Assembly (NCBI RefSeq): GCF_006345805.1
Contig: NC_043002.1
Coordinates: forward strand, 93,496,001-93,560,000
Direction of reading: 5' to 3'
Source: Octopus sinensis
Taxonomy: Eukaryota
DNA: 64,000 bases
In this document: positions 27,180-42,093 of the stretch, in pieces
Layout of the letters: every line of letters starts with the position of its first letter
How positions within the stretch are numbered: position 1 is the stretch's first letter
Position numbers and translations under genes: made by a program
The notes under the pieces: model-generated
The model's database searches: none
The model's input: only the letters and a program-made list of their open reading frames with translations
Told to the model about the DNA's origin: nothing

Positions 27180-30100
27180 AAATTTGTGTTGAGTAGGACT
27201 TTAAGTTTTGGATGACTGCTTATTCAGCTGATCAAGTTGAAGCTGTTAGATGAAAATTACAGTCTGTTCCAGTTTATATCTTTGATTTTGTTCCATAGTT
27301 ATAGATTTATATATGTAAGCTGGTATCAAGATAATAGTTGAATTTGCAGAATCAGCAAAGCATTGGACAACATGTCATGTGAATTTTTTTCTGGCTCTTT
27401 ATATTGTAGGTTAAGATCCCACTGGGGTCAAATTTGATCCCATCTTTCCAGGGTTAATAAAATAAAGTATTATTCAAGTACAGGAATCAATGGTATCAAC
27501 TAATCCCTTCCCCTCAAAATTCTTGGCTTTGTATCTAGAAACAATTATTATAGATGCGTTAATGATAAAAGTGTGTTACTATATTTTATTTCAAGCCCTC
27601 CCTCATCTGTGATCAAATTCTTTTTTCTGTTCTTCCACCTACAGTTGGTAAAATAAGCATCAGAAATAATACACAAGAGATTATGTAATGCCTCTTTAAA
27701 ATTTAGGTTTTGTATGGAATCATAAAAAAAAAAAATTTAAAAGCCTACAGCAAACATTGAAAAATATTTCTTCTGTAGTAATAGGTGATGCATTGAAAAT
27801 TTTACAAAATGTTTTCATGTCTTAAAATGGATGAAAGAACTAATCATTTGAACAAAAATAGTAGTACAGAAAATACTTCATTTTTTTTTAATAATCTATT
27901 TGCAGGAATTGTTACGGTTCACTCCAAAATCTCATCCAGATTATGACATTTTGTCAGGAACATGGCGGATTACACAACATAATTTAAACGACTCTTCCAT
28001 TCATGCTGATCAGGTTTGTGATAACTTATTTCGTTACTTTGTCATGTATCATTTATAATTATAACAAACCTCTTTTTATTCTTTTCTTGAAAATAACTGA
28101 CATCAAACATGACAGCTGTTATCTGCTGTAAGATGATAGATTAAATATTTTGAAGCTATTATTAGTTTGCAGTATCCATATGACTGCTTCTGCAAATGGT
28201 ATAAAGTTTAAAATTAGCTGCAGTATATGGAAAAAAGAGAAATGAAAAACATCTTTGGATCAATATTAAAATTGCATTCTAAGTTTACATTACATGCAAT
28301 CCTTGGATATTATTGCAACAGCTGATCAAAAATAGTAATCTTTAGATACTAGATTAAATACTTAATCAATAATTTTTTTTCTTTTTTTTTTTTTTGATGG
28401 TCAAGTAATTTTCAACTATTTCAACTGACCCCCCCCCACTTTTTTTTTCTACGTTAAAAACAGTAATTTTGGATGAAACTTCAGATTAAAAGCTCTGAAA
28501 TGATCTTAGAAACTAAAATTGTGAGGTAAAAGTAGAAAAAATGTTTCAACTTAAACTGAAACAGTTAAAATTTCCCATAAATTTGATTTGAATTGATAAA
28601 AAAATGTAACTTTTTTCTTTAAATTCTGAATTCAGTTCAAATTTTAGACTCTCATTTTTAGTTTCAATGTATGTAAATATTTGTCGCATCAAATTCAACA
28701 TCCAACCTGAAAAAATAGATAAATGAATAAATAAGCAAATAACAAAAAAGCCCTAATTCCCCACCCACATTTAACCAGAATTCTCATTCCTAGTCTCTTC
28801 ATGATTTTCTGTTATTTTGAATATAAGTATTAGTAAAAAGGAACATCATTTTAGATAGGCTTTATAGATTTTTTTTAATGCTCAGTATCTGTTACTTTGG
28901 TCTTAATGTTTTTATATGAAGGCACAAGGCGCAGTGTTTGAGCATTGGGCTCACAATCATGAGGTAGTGAGTTCAATTCCTGGATCAGGCTGTGTGTTGT
29001 GTCCTTGAGCAAGACACTTTATTTCATGTTGCCCCAGTTCACTCAGCCATAGAAATGAGTTGCAATGTCACTGGTGCCAAGCTGTATCGGCCTTTGCCTT
29101 TCCCTTGGATAACATCAGTGGTGTGGTGAAGGGAGGCTGGTAAGCACGAGTGACTGCTGGTCTTTCATAAACAAACTTTCCCAGGCTTGTACCTCAGAAG
29201 ATAACTTTCTAGGTGCAATCCTATATTTTTATGTAAGTTAACCTGGAGAAGTGGAGGTAATTTACATGACCTTTGAATGTCATCCAGACAGTGAGATTGG
29301 TGTGTAGTATGGTCAACCTGAACATCTGTAGGCCACCTTAGACTGGTGAGAGTGATGCAGCCAGTGTCTAAACTGAACATGTATTGGTCGCCCTGGATTG
29401 GTTAGACTGAACTGGTGTGGTTGATGTCCAGTCTGAACATCTGCAGTTAAAATGGGAGCAAGGAGAGAATAGAGGATCTGGTTTGAACACTTAGCCTTCA
29501 ACCAAACCCTAACAGAGAGAACTTTTATTAAAGGCACACAAGAACCCAGTAGCAATGTTAAACTTGGTAATATGTAAGGCCTACCACCAGCCAACAAACT
29601 TTACAAAGAGGTTTTATTGCGATACCAACACTGAACAGCTTCTTCCACTGCACTAAGAATTATCTCCAGCCCTAACCTTTTGGTCCTGATTTAATTGTTT
29701 GTAATTTGGAATGAACATGTCACCTAGGTGGGTTGTTTATGCCATAACTTTAAGAGCCACAGCTGTAACTTTCATCTACCATCCACATCAATTAAGTTTT
29801 AATCAAAATAATCAATTCTGATCAAGAAATGGCCATATTTGCTAAGTATTTTTCATAGATACCAAGTAATTCTAGGACCATTGGCATGTATATCAATTTT
29901 TATTAATTTATCATTTTCAATAGTTTATTCAATTTCCTGAATAGAAATAAACTGTTTCCTTCCAGTAGAAAAGTTTTCTTGTGCTTTATTTTTATTTATT
30001 TGATAAATACTATTGATAATGTTGCCTTTAAACAAAAAATGACTTAGTGTTCTACTTAAAATGTAGATAAAAATTGTTTTTAGAAGATGTTACTATTTTT

Positions 30101-31729
30101 ATTGACTTTTTTGGGAATATTGTCTACTTTAAGTAGTTATATTTCTGATTAAGAAATGGCCATATTGCTAAGTATTACAAATTCAACTCTGGAACTATTG
30201 ACAAGCATATTTATTTAGTTATCATTTTCAATAGATTATTTAATTTCCTGGAAAGAAATAAATTATTTCCTTCCTGTAAAAATGTTAATACCATAAAACC
30301 ATAAGTAATTATATTTCTACTTTCCATCTTAGCTACAACGTATCATGTGTGGTTTACAAGCATGTTTCAAATAGAAGTTTTTAAAAGAAGTGTTTAAAAG
30401 AAGTGTTTATATAATTGTAAATAAAAAAATTTTTTTGCCTGCAATATTTAGGACAGAAAGAAATTATTTTATTTTTATGTGTAAATACATATAATTTGAT
30501 ACTTTTTTTTAAATGCTGCTTCTATCTCTTTAGCAAAATAAAATAGTATTTCTAAATTCTAATCTCTCTTTCCTGTTCGACCTCATCCGCTCCCACTAGC
30601 TCATATATAATGCATGATAGTCATGAATCTTCTTCACCAACAACAAACTGTTCTTGTCTCTACTCTCATTCTTGAAGCCCTCAAGACACCTCACATAAAG
30701 CTTTTTCCCTTTCAATTCTTCTCTTTCTCAGTAAAGGGATTTCTTTAGTTTTGTGAGTCACAAAACAACCTCACTAGTACTGATGCCATGGAAAAAGTAC
30801 TCTGTCTACTCAGTAAAGTTTTAGTATTAGAAAGGGCATCCAACCATAGAAACCATGTCCAAATTGAGGCACTGGAAAAAGATGTGGTTCTCTGCTCTGT
30901 TAGATCTTATTTGAACTGTCCAGTCCATGCTAACATAGAAAGAGGATGTGAAAAAATAATAATGATGATAATGTTGGCAACAAAAATGATGTCTATATGT
31001 TGTGAATTAAAACATCAAAAATTTGAACAGATTTTAAGTATTTATAGAAATAACCTGAAAAAAATCACTACCAGTAAATGAGAATTATTCTTAGACCATA
31101 TATTGTTACACCATAGCTGTCACATGCAAGTCAGTATGACATGGTAGCTTGTACCTTTCTTTCACTAATTGGTTTTCAGTCCCTATGTAGTTGTGAGCAA
31201 AAATAGACACTCTCTTAATCCTCTCACCTTTGATCCAGCAGAATAAGTTCAATATGAGCATTGAAGGGAGAGAGGATTTCATTTCACTAGTTCTTGACCA
31301 GTACTAACTCTGGTTGGGAAGCAAACTTAACCACACAGCCACATCTGCACCTTTATAAAAATCTAAATTATTTCTAACGAATATTATATTACAGGTAGAG
31401 AATGACCATTATCTTCTGAAGGCTGAACATCTTGTAGAATTGCTCAGTAACAATGCCAGAAAACTACGTTGTTTCTTTCTGTTTAGTGATGTGATTGTTT
31501 GTACCAAACAAAAGTTCTAGTAAGTAATATTCTTTTTTTCTTATATCTATTTAATATTGTAATTGATCAGTGGTGCTGTTGACTGTTACAGGTTTCCAAT
31601 AGACTGGTTCACTGTATTTCTATATTTCTGACCACGAGAATAAGGAAGTGTCATTAAGACCATACAGAACAATTAGCAGTAGGGATTTTGTTTAAAAGCA
31701 CTGGTTTTCTAGATTTCTCTTCTTCCTCC

Positions 31730-31760
<31 letters not shown>

Positions 31761-34700
31761 ATGTATTAAGGCTACCATTGGTTTCATGTTAAGAAAATAT
31801 CCTATTATCTTAACTATTATTCAAGCTGATCACATGGAGACAAACACCATTAAGATATTTTCTTAACATGAAGCCAATGGTAACCTTAAAATACACAAAT
31901 AAAGAGTTTTTACCCATGCGATGTTCAACACTTATTCTCATTGTTGGACATTTATACACACACACATTTATGGAAACTACCAAGAGCTTAAATAAAATGG
32001 AGATGCCAATTCACATATATAAAACATTCTTGGCCTCTAGGTCAATTAATTAATTACTGGTGTGTTAACAGCATATTGTTTTAATGTTATACTATACAAG
32101 GGACCATAATTGTAACTTAGTTAACACTGTGTAATATAGACAAATGTCAACAGTTTGTTTTTACATGCAGTTTATTTGTAGATAGACAAAAAAAATGTAG
32201 ATACTCAGTCACTGATGAAATCTTAATGCAGAATTGAAACAAGTCTGGCTGATTCCTCTTTTTATGTCCAGATATTTGCAAGCATTGACTCATGAGATGA
32301 AATGGTACATAATAATAGTGTTGTTTACTTTCATAAATTGATAAAGTGTTAAATAGATAGATATTCTTTTATTCTTTTACTTGTTTCAGTCACTTGACTG
32401 TGGCCATACTGGAGCACCGCTCTGAATGTTTTTAGTCTAACAAATTGACCCTAGGACTTAATTTTTTAAAGCCTAGTACTTATTCTATCAGTCTCTTTTG
32501 CTGAACCACTAAGTTACAGGGATGTAAACACACCAAAACCAGTTGTCAAGCAGTGATGGTGGCGGGGAGAGGGGCAAACACAGACACAAAGACACACACA
32601 CATAGATATATACATATATATGATGGGCTTCTTTCCGTTTTTGTCTACAAAATCCACTCACAAAGCTTCGATCAGCCTGAGGCTATAGAAGAAGACACTT
32701 GTCCAAGGTGCCATGCTATGAGACTGAAGCTAGAACCGTGTGGGTGTGAAGCAGGTTTCTTACCACACAGCCATGCATACAAATGCTATATGTAGGGCAT
32801 GAGACATTTTGACAGGGCTGTTTCAACACTCATTCATTTGGCATTGGACATTTAATGTTTCTCTCATTCTCCTCCTCTTCTTCCCTCTTCTCTCTCTCTA
32901 GAGAGAGAAGGGGTAGTGATATTTTTGATGTCAGTAATGATGAGCATGATGAATCTATTTATATCTTTCAGCCAAAAAGATTCATTTGATGTTAAATGGT
33001 TCATTCCAATACACAAGCTTGAATTTCATTCCAGTACAGATCATAGAGCAGGTAAATATTCTTCACATCTGCTTTATTTGTAGGAGAAAATCCTTGTTGT
33101 ATGTCTTCTTATTGCCTGCAGTTGGTTTGTTATTTTCCTCACTAATTGATTTACAATCTAATTTCATATCTTTTAACCATGTTTTGTGCCCTAGTGTATA
33201 ATTATCTTGTCTCCCATAACTTTAACCCTTTTTGGTACGTAAAAAGCACTATCCGACTCGTGGCCGTGGCACGTAAAATACTCCAATGCAACCGTACGAC
33301 AGGCACCCATGCCAACCCCCTTTGCTTGTGAAGACATGTTGGGGCAAGCGAAATCGAAATCGAATTGAACCAGCCAGGATCCCTGGTCTGGTGGTACGTA
33401 AAAAGCACTATCCGACTCGTGGCCGTGGCACGTAAAATACTCCAATGCGACCGTACGACAGGCACCCTTGCCAACCCCCTTGCTTGTGAAGACATGTTGG
33501 GGCAAGCGAAATCGAAATCGAATTGAACCAGCCAGGATCCCTGGTCTGGTGGTACGTAAAAAGCACTATCTGACTCGTGGCCGATGCCAGCACCGCCTCG
33601 ACTGGCTTCCGTGCCGGTGGCACATAAAATACACCAATCTGACCGTGGCCGTTGCCAGCCCCGCCTGGCACCTGTGCAGGTGGCACGTAAAAAGCACCCA
33701 CTACACTCACGGAGTGGTTGGCGTTAGGAAGGGCATCCAGCTGTAGAAACATTGCCAAATTAGACTGGAGCCTGGTGCAGCCTTCTGGCTTCCCAGAACC
33801 CCGGTCGAACCGTCCAACCCATGCTAGCATGGAGAACGGACGTTAAACGACGATGATGATGATGATGTTACTGTATTAATTTTGAGATGCTCTGTGTTTG
33901 TTTCAATTACTTTAAATATAACAAAGAATTTAGTAAAATAACTTAGTTATCTTTCAGCTAGTGTTAGGAACATAAATTGTGACTAAGGTTTGGTGGAAGA
34001 TTTTAATTCAAAGCTTATGAAAACAAGACATTTGTACTACAGAGCCAGAGCCGGTTTCAGCCGGGTTGATAACAAGGGTTAAGCTTTTAACATTCAGATT
34101 ATTCTGTCAAATGTAATGCTTATTCATTCATATTGTTTTGAATTAAACATGGATTATCTTGTAGCTTCAAAATTTCAATGATTTGACAGTTTCTTTTTAT
34201 AATGACATAGTAGGATAGGTGTGAGAGGCCAGAACTTTCCAGTTTCAACATAAAACAGAATATTTTGGCTTGATACGGTCAGTTTAAATGCTAAAGGGTT
34301 AACCTATTTGTCTATTCTCCAATCTATTTACCTCTTTTCTCACTCCATTTAACTAATCTCCCTTTCTATTTCCCTTTTTTTTCCCAATCTGTGTAGTGTA
34401 TCTAGCATAATTGAACTAAACATTGCAAGTCAACAAAATGCTTGTCAATGTTTATAACACAGTTGCCATTGACACTGCCAATAACACAAAGTTGCTACAA
34501 AAAACTGTGTCATTCCTATGTTACCTCTTCATAGTAAGGCAGAGTAGGTCATTTCAGAGCTAAAAATGTTAGTCATTGACACGAAATATTGTTAATGACA
34601 AGATATAAATTGTTGATCTCTTGGTTGGTCACCCAATACTATAGCTTCACTCTTTATGTTTGCCCTCAAATGGTTATATAATGCTAAAACAATATTTCTC

Positions 34701-37700
34701 TTTAATCTAATTTCTCATTTTTTCTTTAATCTTATAAATCAGTTGTTTTAATCCCAATCCCCCCTTTTTTTCCTACTTATATTAACCCCCTCTCTCTCTT
34801 ATTTCCAACTTTGTCAGTTTATTAACTGTTTTCCTTCTACTTCCTGTCTTTTCTTTTTATTTTAATCAGTTATGTCATTCCCTTGTGAAGTTGTCTTGTA
34901 ACCTGATTGTCTCACATCTGATTCTTAAAACTTCTCTCCCCAACTTTTCCATTCCAGTTTCTTTGTTGTTTATTTACTCATCCCCCAAAATCATAATCCC
35001 TCCCCACTGTGTGTGTGTAGCACTGCTCCTGTAAAATTGTAATAAATATGTACTTTACAAAAAGTATTGAATAATCCTTCAGGTTAATGTAAAACTGTTT
35101 TTATTTTTTTGTGACAGTCCTTTTTTTTTGTGAAGCTTCCTGTCAGCCTTGATGCATTTCCTGTGTCCTTATGTTTACAAGGGGGAGATAAGCACCTCCA
35201 CCCAGCTAAGCATGCAACCAGAGACTAGTTTCTGAGTCTTTGCTTGTCATCAGCCGGGCTTGCTAGTTGCAGATGTCCATCTAGCTCTTGTAAACATATA
35301 AGAATTCTAGTGAAATAGATTCACTGATTACAAAAATAGAAATATTACATTTCTAAATATTTCAGAGAGATATAAGCAGTAGTGATATGATAGAGTAGTT
35401 GTATACTGTCAACTTAATGTGACAGTCTCATAAAGGGAATCACACTACTGCTATTTAGCCCTAGGAAGCATCAATGCTTCCTGTCGGCCTTGACACATTT
35501 CCTGTGTACTTATGTTTACATGGGGGAGATAAGCACCTCCACCCAGCTAAGCCTGCAACCAGAGACTAGTTTCTGAGTCTTTGCTCATCATCAGTCTGGA
35601 ATAGCATGGCCTGTCACATTAAGTTGACAGTATGCAACTACTCTATCGTACCACTACTGCATAAATCTCTCTGAGATATTTAGAAATGTACTATTTCTAT
35701 TTTTATAATCAGTGGATTTATTTCACTAGAATTCTTATATGTTTACAAGAGCTAGATAAGCATCTTCAACCAGCAGGCCAACAAATGGCATCATTTTTGT
35801 GATTGGGCAACATTTTCACAAATTATTAGGCAAGAATAAGAAAAATGGTAATTGTATCAGAACAAACATTTATTTAGTTCAACAGTAAAGGTTTAACAAA
35901 AATGTTATTCATAAATGACTTAATGTTAAACATAATAATATGTCGGAATTGAAATAATCATGTGATTATGATGTCATACAGCTCTTAATGTTTGATGTAT
36001 GATCCTCCACATGCAATAACCTTGCTTAAGCATTGATCCATTGAATTTGTCAAGGTGATGATATTCTCTTGTGTCATGCTTTGAACAGCATCTACAATAG
36101 CATCCCAGGTGGAAGCTTTACTTGGAGACTGCTGTCCATATTGGTAAACATGCCTCTTCAGGACAATCTACAGGTTCTCATTTGGGTTTTAGGGGAACAA
36201 GGTGGCCACTCCATCAAGCGACCTCCAGAGAAGCGTATTTGCTGCAGGTATTCCTCAGAATTCTTCGCTGCATGAGATGGGGCATTATCTTGCATTAAGA
36301 CCAGCTTTCTCTTAAATGATAGTTTTTGCTTTCTGAACCATGGTTGGAAATTGTCCTTTAAGAAGGTAACATGTTTTCGATGTCACCTTAATGCCATCTG
36401 GGACTTTCCATGGCCCAACCATCATACCATCAACGATGCCAGCCCAAAGTATGACTCCACCTCCCCCCACCCTGTTGGCATCTCAAATGATGAGGATGGT
36501 TCCTGCTGATGGATACCCAAGCTTTACTCCAGCCATCTGGTCCGTCAAGAGTAGCAGGCATTTGTCAGTGAACAGAATGTGCACAGATAGGTGTTGCCAA
36601 CAGTCAGTGGGAAAACAGCTGGTTTTGAATGAATATGTTTTTATCTATTGAGAAGACGTTGATTTCCCTAATAATGTGGTATGCAGTATATACATATATG
36701 TTAGCATGCCAGGCAAAATTCTTAGTGGTATTTCATTTGTCCCTATGTTCCAAGTTCAAATTCCTCCAATGTCAATTTTGCCTTTCATCCTTTTTGGGTT
36801 GATAAAAAAAGTTCCAGTTGAGAAATGAGGTCAATGTAATCAACGTAACTGCTTGTGGATAAGAGTTTAAAAACTGCAACCCTCTGCCAAGCCATGTCAA
36901 CCCAATGTGACAGAGTAGGCTCATCAAACCAGTATGGTCTCAGACTCAGCTTTGCAGCCTGCACACTAGACTGTGGTTGATGGAGAGAACGTGCAGAGGC
37001 CTTCATCTTATAGTGGACTGAACATAGTCAATCCAGTCCAATATAATCCATTCTTATGTCTTATCTGTGGACTTGACTTTAAACTTTTGGCTGCATTAAA
37101 GTCTCATAAGAGACATAGACAGCAGAACTAAAACAAAAGTTTAAAACTATGCTGTCAGACCCTTGTATGTTGAAATCAACAGGAGAGTCCATTATACGTG
37201 TGTGTGTATGTGTGTGTTATATAAAAGAAATATAAAGAGCATGCATGCACACACACACACATGCACACACAAAGACAAACAGCAAGCTGGCTGGCTGGCT
37301 GGCTGGCTGGCTAGCAGGCTCAGGTGTTGAAGATGGACCAGTTCTCTGTAGCTTCTGACAATTTTAACCTCACAATATATACAAAAGAGACTGGTATATA
37401 AACCATCTTTTCACTTTCATCAACTACTCTTCTATATAATTCCTCTTAAAATTTTCTATTTCTTCATTGCAGAAACAAATTATAAGTTTACAGAAACCAT
37501 CGACGAATTAAAGAAAAGAATGAGCAGTATAGAAACAGAATTACGAAACAGAGTAAGTTCAGATTCCACAGTTTTGTTTTTAAGCCAAGATAGACAAGTT
37601 ACAAATGAATGTTTATAAAAGTCCTGATAGATTAGCTATAGAATTTGGTAAAATCAGGAATGTAAGAAAGTGGGTGATGATCTGCTTTAGTTATTAGTCC

Positions 37701-40700
37701 ATAGAAAAATTCCAGTAAGAGTTCAAATGCTTTGGTCTCTTCTTTCTCGCAGTCTTCTTTACTCTCCAGCAAAGTGTGACATAGCAAAGACTGACTTTAT
37801 TCTTCAGTTTCTCAATAACTATCAAGCTTTTACAGAGCTCAGCAATGAAATATTGCTTCCACATGTGGAAAAATCTTCCTGCTATACACACATAAATCTA
37901 TGACCACATAACATGAAATATTGCCTGATTGATTGTTGTGAAATCACTAACAGATATACTCTAACCTCTGACCCACAGGCATGATGGTGTCTCCTCTCTA
38001 TGCCTTCCATGCTCCTACAATGACCTCTGTGCCTCCAAGCCAGCTGATCTTGTGTCACCTCCATTCGAGCACTCTCAATTCATTTGTGTTGTCTCCTATC
38101 ATATTGTCTGTTCGTAGCTCTCACATTAACCATTCCACATAATTCTTTCATTGGTTACTATTATTTTGGAACATCCATCTCCACTGCTAATTAGGTCACC
38201 TACATAACAAAAGCCATTAACTACTTCTAGTGAGCCTTCCAGGCATTTGAGGAAATCTGTTTCATGTGCATTCTTAGTGCTTACTGCTCCTGAGCATCTG
38301 CCATATACAAAGTATATCTTCTCTATTAGCCTGCCGGTGATCACACATCTTTCATGTGTCCATTGTTTACATTGAGTACATCATATGGAATTTCTGTCTA
38401 CTTCCTTTCTGTATATCAAGCATCATCATTTCATCAATAATAGCAGAGTACTGTCTTCTTTCCTATTTACTAGAACTTTAGTATTTGCTAAGTTCACTTT
38501 CAGACCTCTCAATTCTACATTTGCTTTTACATCTGTAATTTGTTCTCTTATTCTGCTATGGGTTTAGTTACAAGAATTAGGGGATCTAGTTTTTTTCATT
38601 CACAAAATATGAATTTTTTAAAAGGAAGTAAAACATCTGCAAATTGGCTATAATAATGTAGCCTTCCGGTCTCATTGCTTTGAATGTATGATGTTGTGGA
38701 GAAAAAAAGTTACAGATGTTTAAAAATTGTAAAAACTATGTATTTATAGTCAATAGTGAGACAGAAATTTTCTGTGTTTAGCAGAGCAGTGTCAACTTTG
38801 AGGTTGTACCCTGTGAAATTTATAGTTTAGCATCTGACCTGTTCATTGTAGCTCTCTAAATAAACAGAAATACCTAAGAAAATCAACATGTATCATCTTA
38901 CTGTTTCTCTTGCTTCTTCATTAATTGTATTATTTCATTATTTTTTTTAATTTGTTATATTGATATATTTTCCTGCATGTGTTTAATTTATGTGTATTTC
39001 AGTATTATGTATACCTGTCATGTATTTGTGTACATTTATGCATTCATATGTGTGTGTGTCTGTCTCCAAAATTCCAAAGTTGAGTAATGTTTTCATGCTT
39101 CGATTTGTAAACTATGATAAGAATAACACTGGTCAACAAAGAATTTGTCCCAAAGAAAAGAATACCTGTATCTTATACGTTTTTGCATGCAGAATTCAAA
39201 AATAATGTCAAATTGTCTGTATCACCCACAGTTTCTCCGTTCCACAACATCCCTCTCAGTTCCTATTACGTGGGCTAAATTTCAGTTAAGTTGTTGAAAT
39301 GGGAAGCTAATGGTTTAAAAAATACTCCTAATTTAAATTTTTATGAACAGAATTAACTTAGTGAAATCATAAATCCAGCTATCTAAGTCAATGAGTCCCA
39401 AAAATATATGAAATGAAAAATATATAAAAATACTAACACACAGAAGCACAGAAAAGTATATAATATACTAACATACAGAAAAAACAAAACACGCAGGTGA
39501 AAAGAATCTCGTGGTGTGAAGAATCAAGTGTGAAAAATCAACGTAGATAACATTGAACCACAACACAATGTGTGGTTGTCATGGTAACAAGCTACTAATG
39601 CCATGCTGTCTATTGATTGGCTAAAATTACCCAAATTTCCCAACTTTAATTCCAAATAACATCAGATTCTTTAATTTACAAGATAAAGTAATTAGTTGAT
39701 CATAATCAAAATTCAAAGTTGCATTGATTGAGAGCAATCTGAACAAAATTAAGTGGGGCTCATTTTGCAAAAGAGAAAGACTAGATCTGAAATAGGTCAT
39801 CAGTATATAGGAATTCCCATAGACAGCTGATCTTAAACTCTTCTGTTATATCCTGGAGGACAATGATAAATAGGAGACTGAAGATTGAACCTCGGTAGCC
39901 CTCTTCTTGTATGCTAAATTTGTTGCAGTACTCATTGCTAACTCACACCTTGCTGCCTGTGCCTATATACGTGATATGATGGCAGTCACAAGTTGCTCAT
40001 TTAGCCCTAGTTTTTACAGCAGTCACTAGATTACTGAGTGTAGAAGCTTGTCAGAAGTCTTTCACAGGTCACCATATGCTACGTACAGTGGCTTATGTGT
40101 AGCTGAATACTTCATACTTCTTCTACAGTTGTCTCACTCAGCAGAGGGTATTAGTAGCATTACTTCTTGGCACAAGCCCAAGTTGTTCCTCATCTAAGCT
40201 AAGTCTTTTTCTAATCAATTACAGTATGACTCATTCAATAACTTTCATAACCTGGTTCATCAATTTGATACCTCTGTAGTTTTCTCTCTCCACTGCATAT
40301 CATTTGCCTTTGTAGTAGTTGACAGTGGGACTATTACACCAATCACTGGGCATGATATCTTCCTGCATTAGCTAATTGATTTTGTGTATGATTAGCATGC
40401 GACCTATACCTTGCCAGATATTTTCAGCTTAGCTATAGTTAATGTCCAGCTGTCTTCTATACCTTCCTCTCCTTAAAAAGCTTCTTCCTCTGTTGAGTCT
40501 ACTTGATCCAGACCCTTTTTTTCCCTATAAATTCTCCTCATTCAACAGCCTTTCATAATAGCACTTCCATATCTCTTTCTTTGCATGATTACTTAGGATA
40601 AATGTCATACACTCCTCCCCAATGACTTTTCAGTTTTCTCTAGTACACTAGTACACTAATAGGCACGAGCATGGTTATGTGGTTAAGAAGTTCACTTCCC

Positions 40701-42054
40701 AGCTCTGTGGTTTTAGGTTCAATCCTACTATGCAGCACTTGGAGCAAATGTCTTCTACAAAATAAAACCTTGTAGATGGATTTAGTGGGAGGAAACTGAA
40801 AGAAGCCCCTTGCATGTATGTGTTTGGGTATGTACTTGTGCTTCCTTGTCTTGACATTGTATGCTTATTGTAAATGAATGTCACTGTCGTACAAGTGGTG
40901 TCTTTCATTTGCAATCTTCCATGAAATCATGTCCAGCTGTTATGCTGTTCGTGATCAAAGGAGTGGAACTGATATTACCTTATTTAGAAATATGTGAGAG
41001 TTGGTGAACAGAAGGACATCCAGCTGTAGAAAATCTGTCTCAACAAATTTTGTATGACCCATGTAAGCATGGAAAAGTGAACATTAAAATAATGATGATG
41101 ATGGCTGTCATGCAATGATGAACATCTCATGTGCTTCATTATATATAGTAGGACCTCTTAATTTCTGGTTCAACTATAGTCAAATGCTTCTGACATCTAC
41201 TTTCTAGCTACTTTGTTTTGCTCTTTGCTTCCTCCTTTCTTCTAGTCTTTTCAAGCTTGTCTCATAGCTTTTATAGGTCTACCTGCAATTTTTAATTATA
41301 ATCTTTATTATGAAATGTAAACACATTTTTTTATATCTCTTTCTGAGCAGAAAAATATTTGGGTTGTTCAGATGAGTTTCATTTTGTTTGTATATTTTAA
41401 AGATTTCACCAAAAAGATGGTATTATGTTTATAAAAATATTTCTTCTATTTCTTTTCTTATAGAAATTGAAATTATCTTCAAAAGTCTCAGATCGAACGA
41501 CAGAGAAATTGACAAAAAAGCTGATCGAACATGTAAGTGGAATATATTATATTTGTTATATTGTCTGTGTGTTTATGAGGGTTTAAACTGTTACACAGCA
41601 CTCTCTCTCTTTTCTCTATTTCTGTATGTATGTATATATATATATATATCATCATCATCATCATTTAGCGTCTGCTTTCCATGCTAGCATGGGTTGGACG
41701 GTTCAACTGGGGTCTGGGAAGCCAGAAGGCTGCACCAGGCCCAGTCTGATCTGGCAATGTTTCTACGGCTGGATGCCCTTCCTAATGCCAACCACTCTGT
41801 GAGTATAGTGGGTGCTTTTTATGTGCCAGACAGGGCTGGCAAACGGCCACGGTCGAATGGTGCTTTTTACGTGCCACTGGCACGGGGGCCAGGTGAGGCT
41901 GGCAATGGCCACGATCGTATGGTGCTTTTTACGTGTCACCAGCATGGAGGCCAGTCAGGGCGGCGCTGGCAACGGCCACGATTAGATGGTTCGCTTACGT
42001 GCCACCGGCACTGGTATCACAGCTGCAATTTCCAATATATATATATATATATGT

Positions 42055-42093
<39 letters not shown>

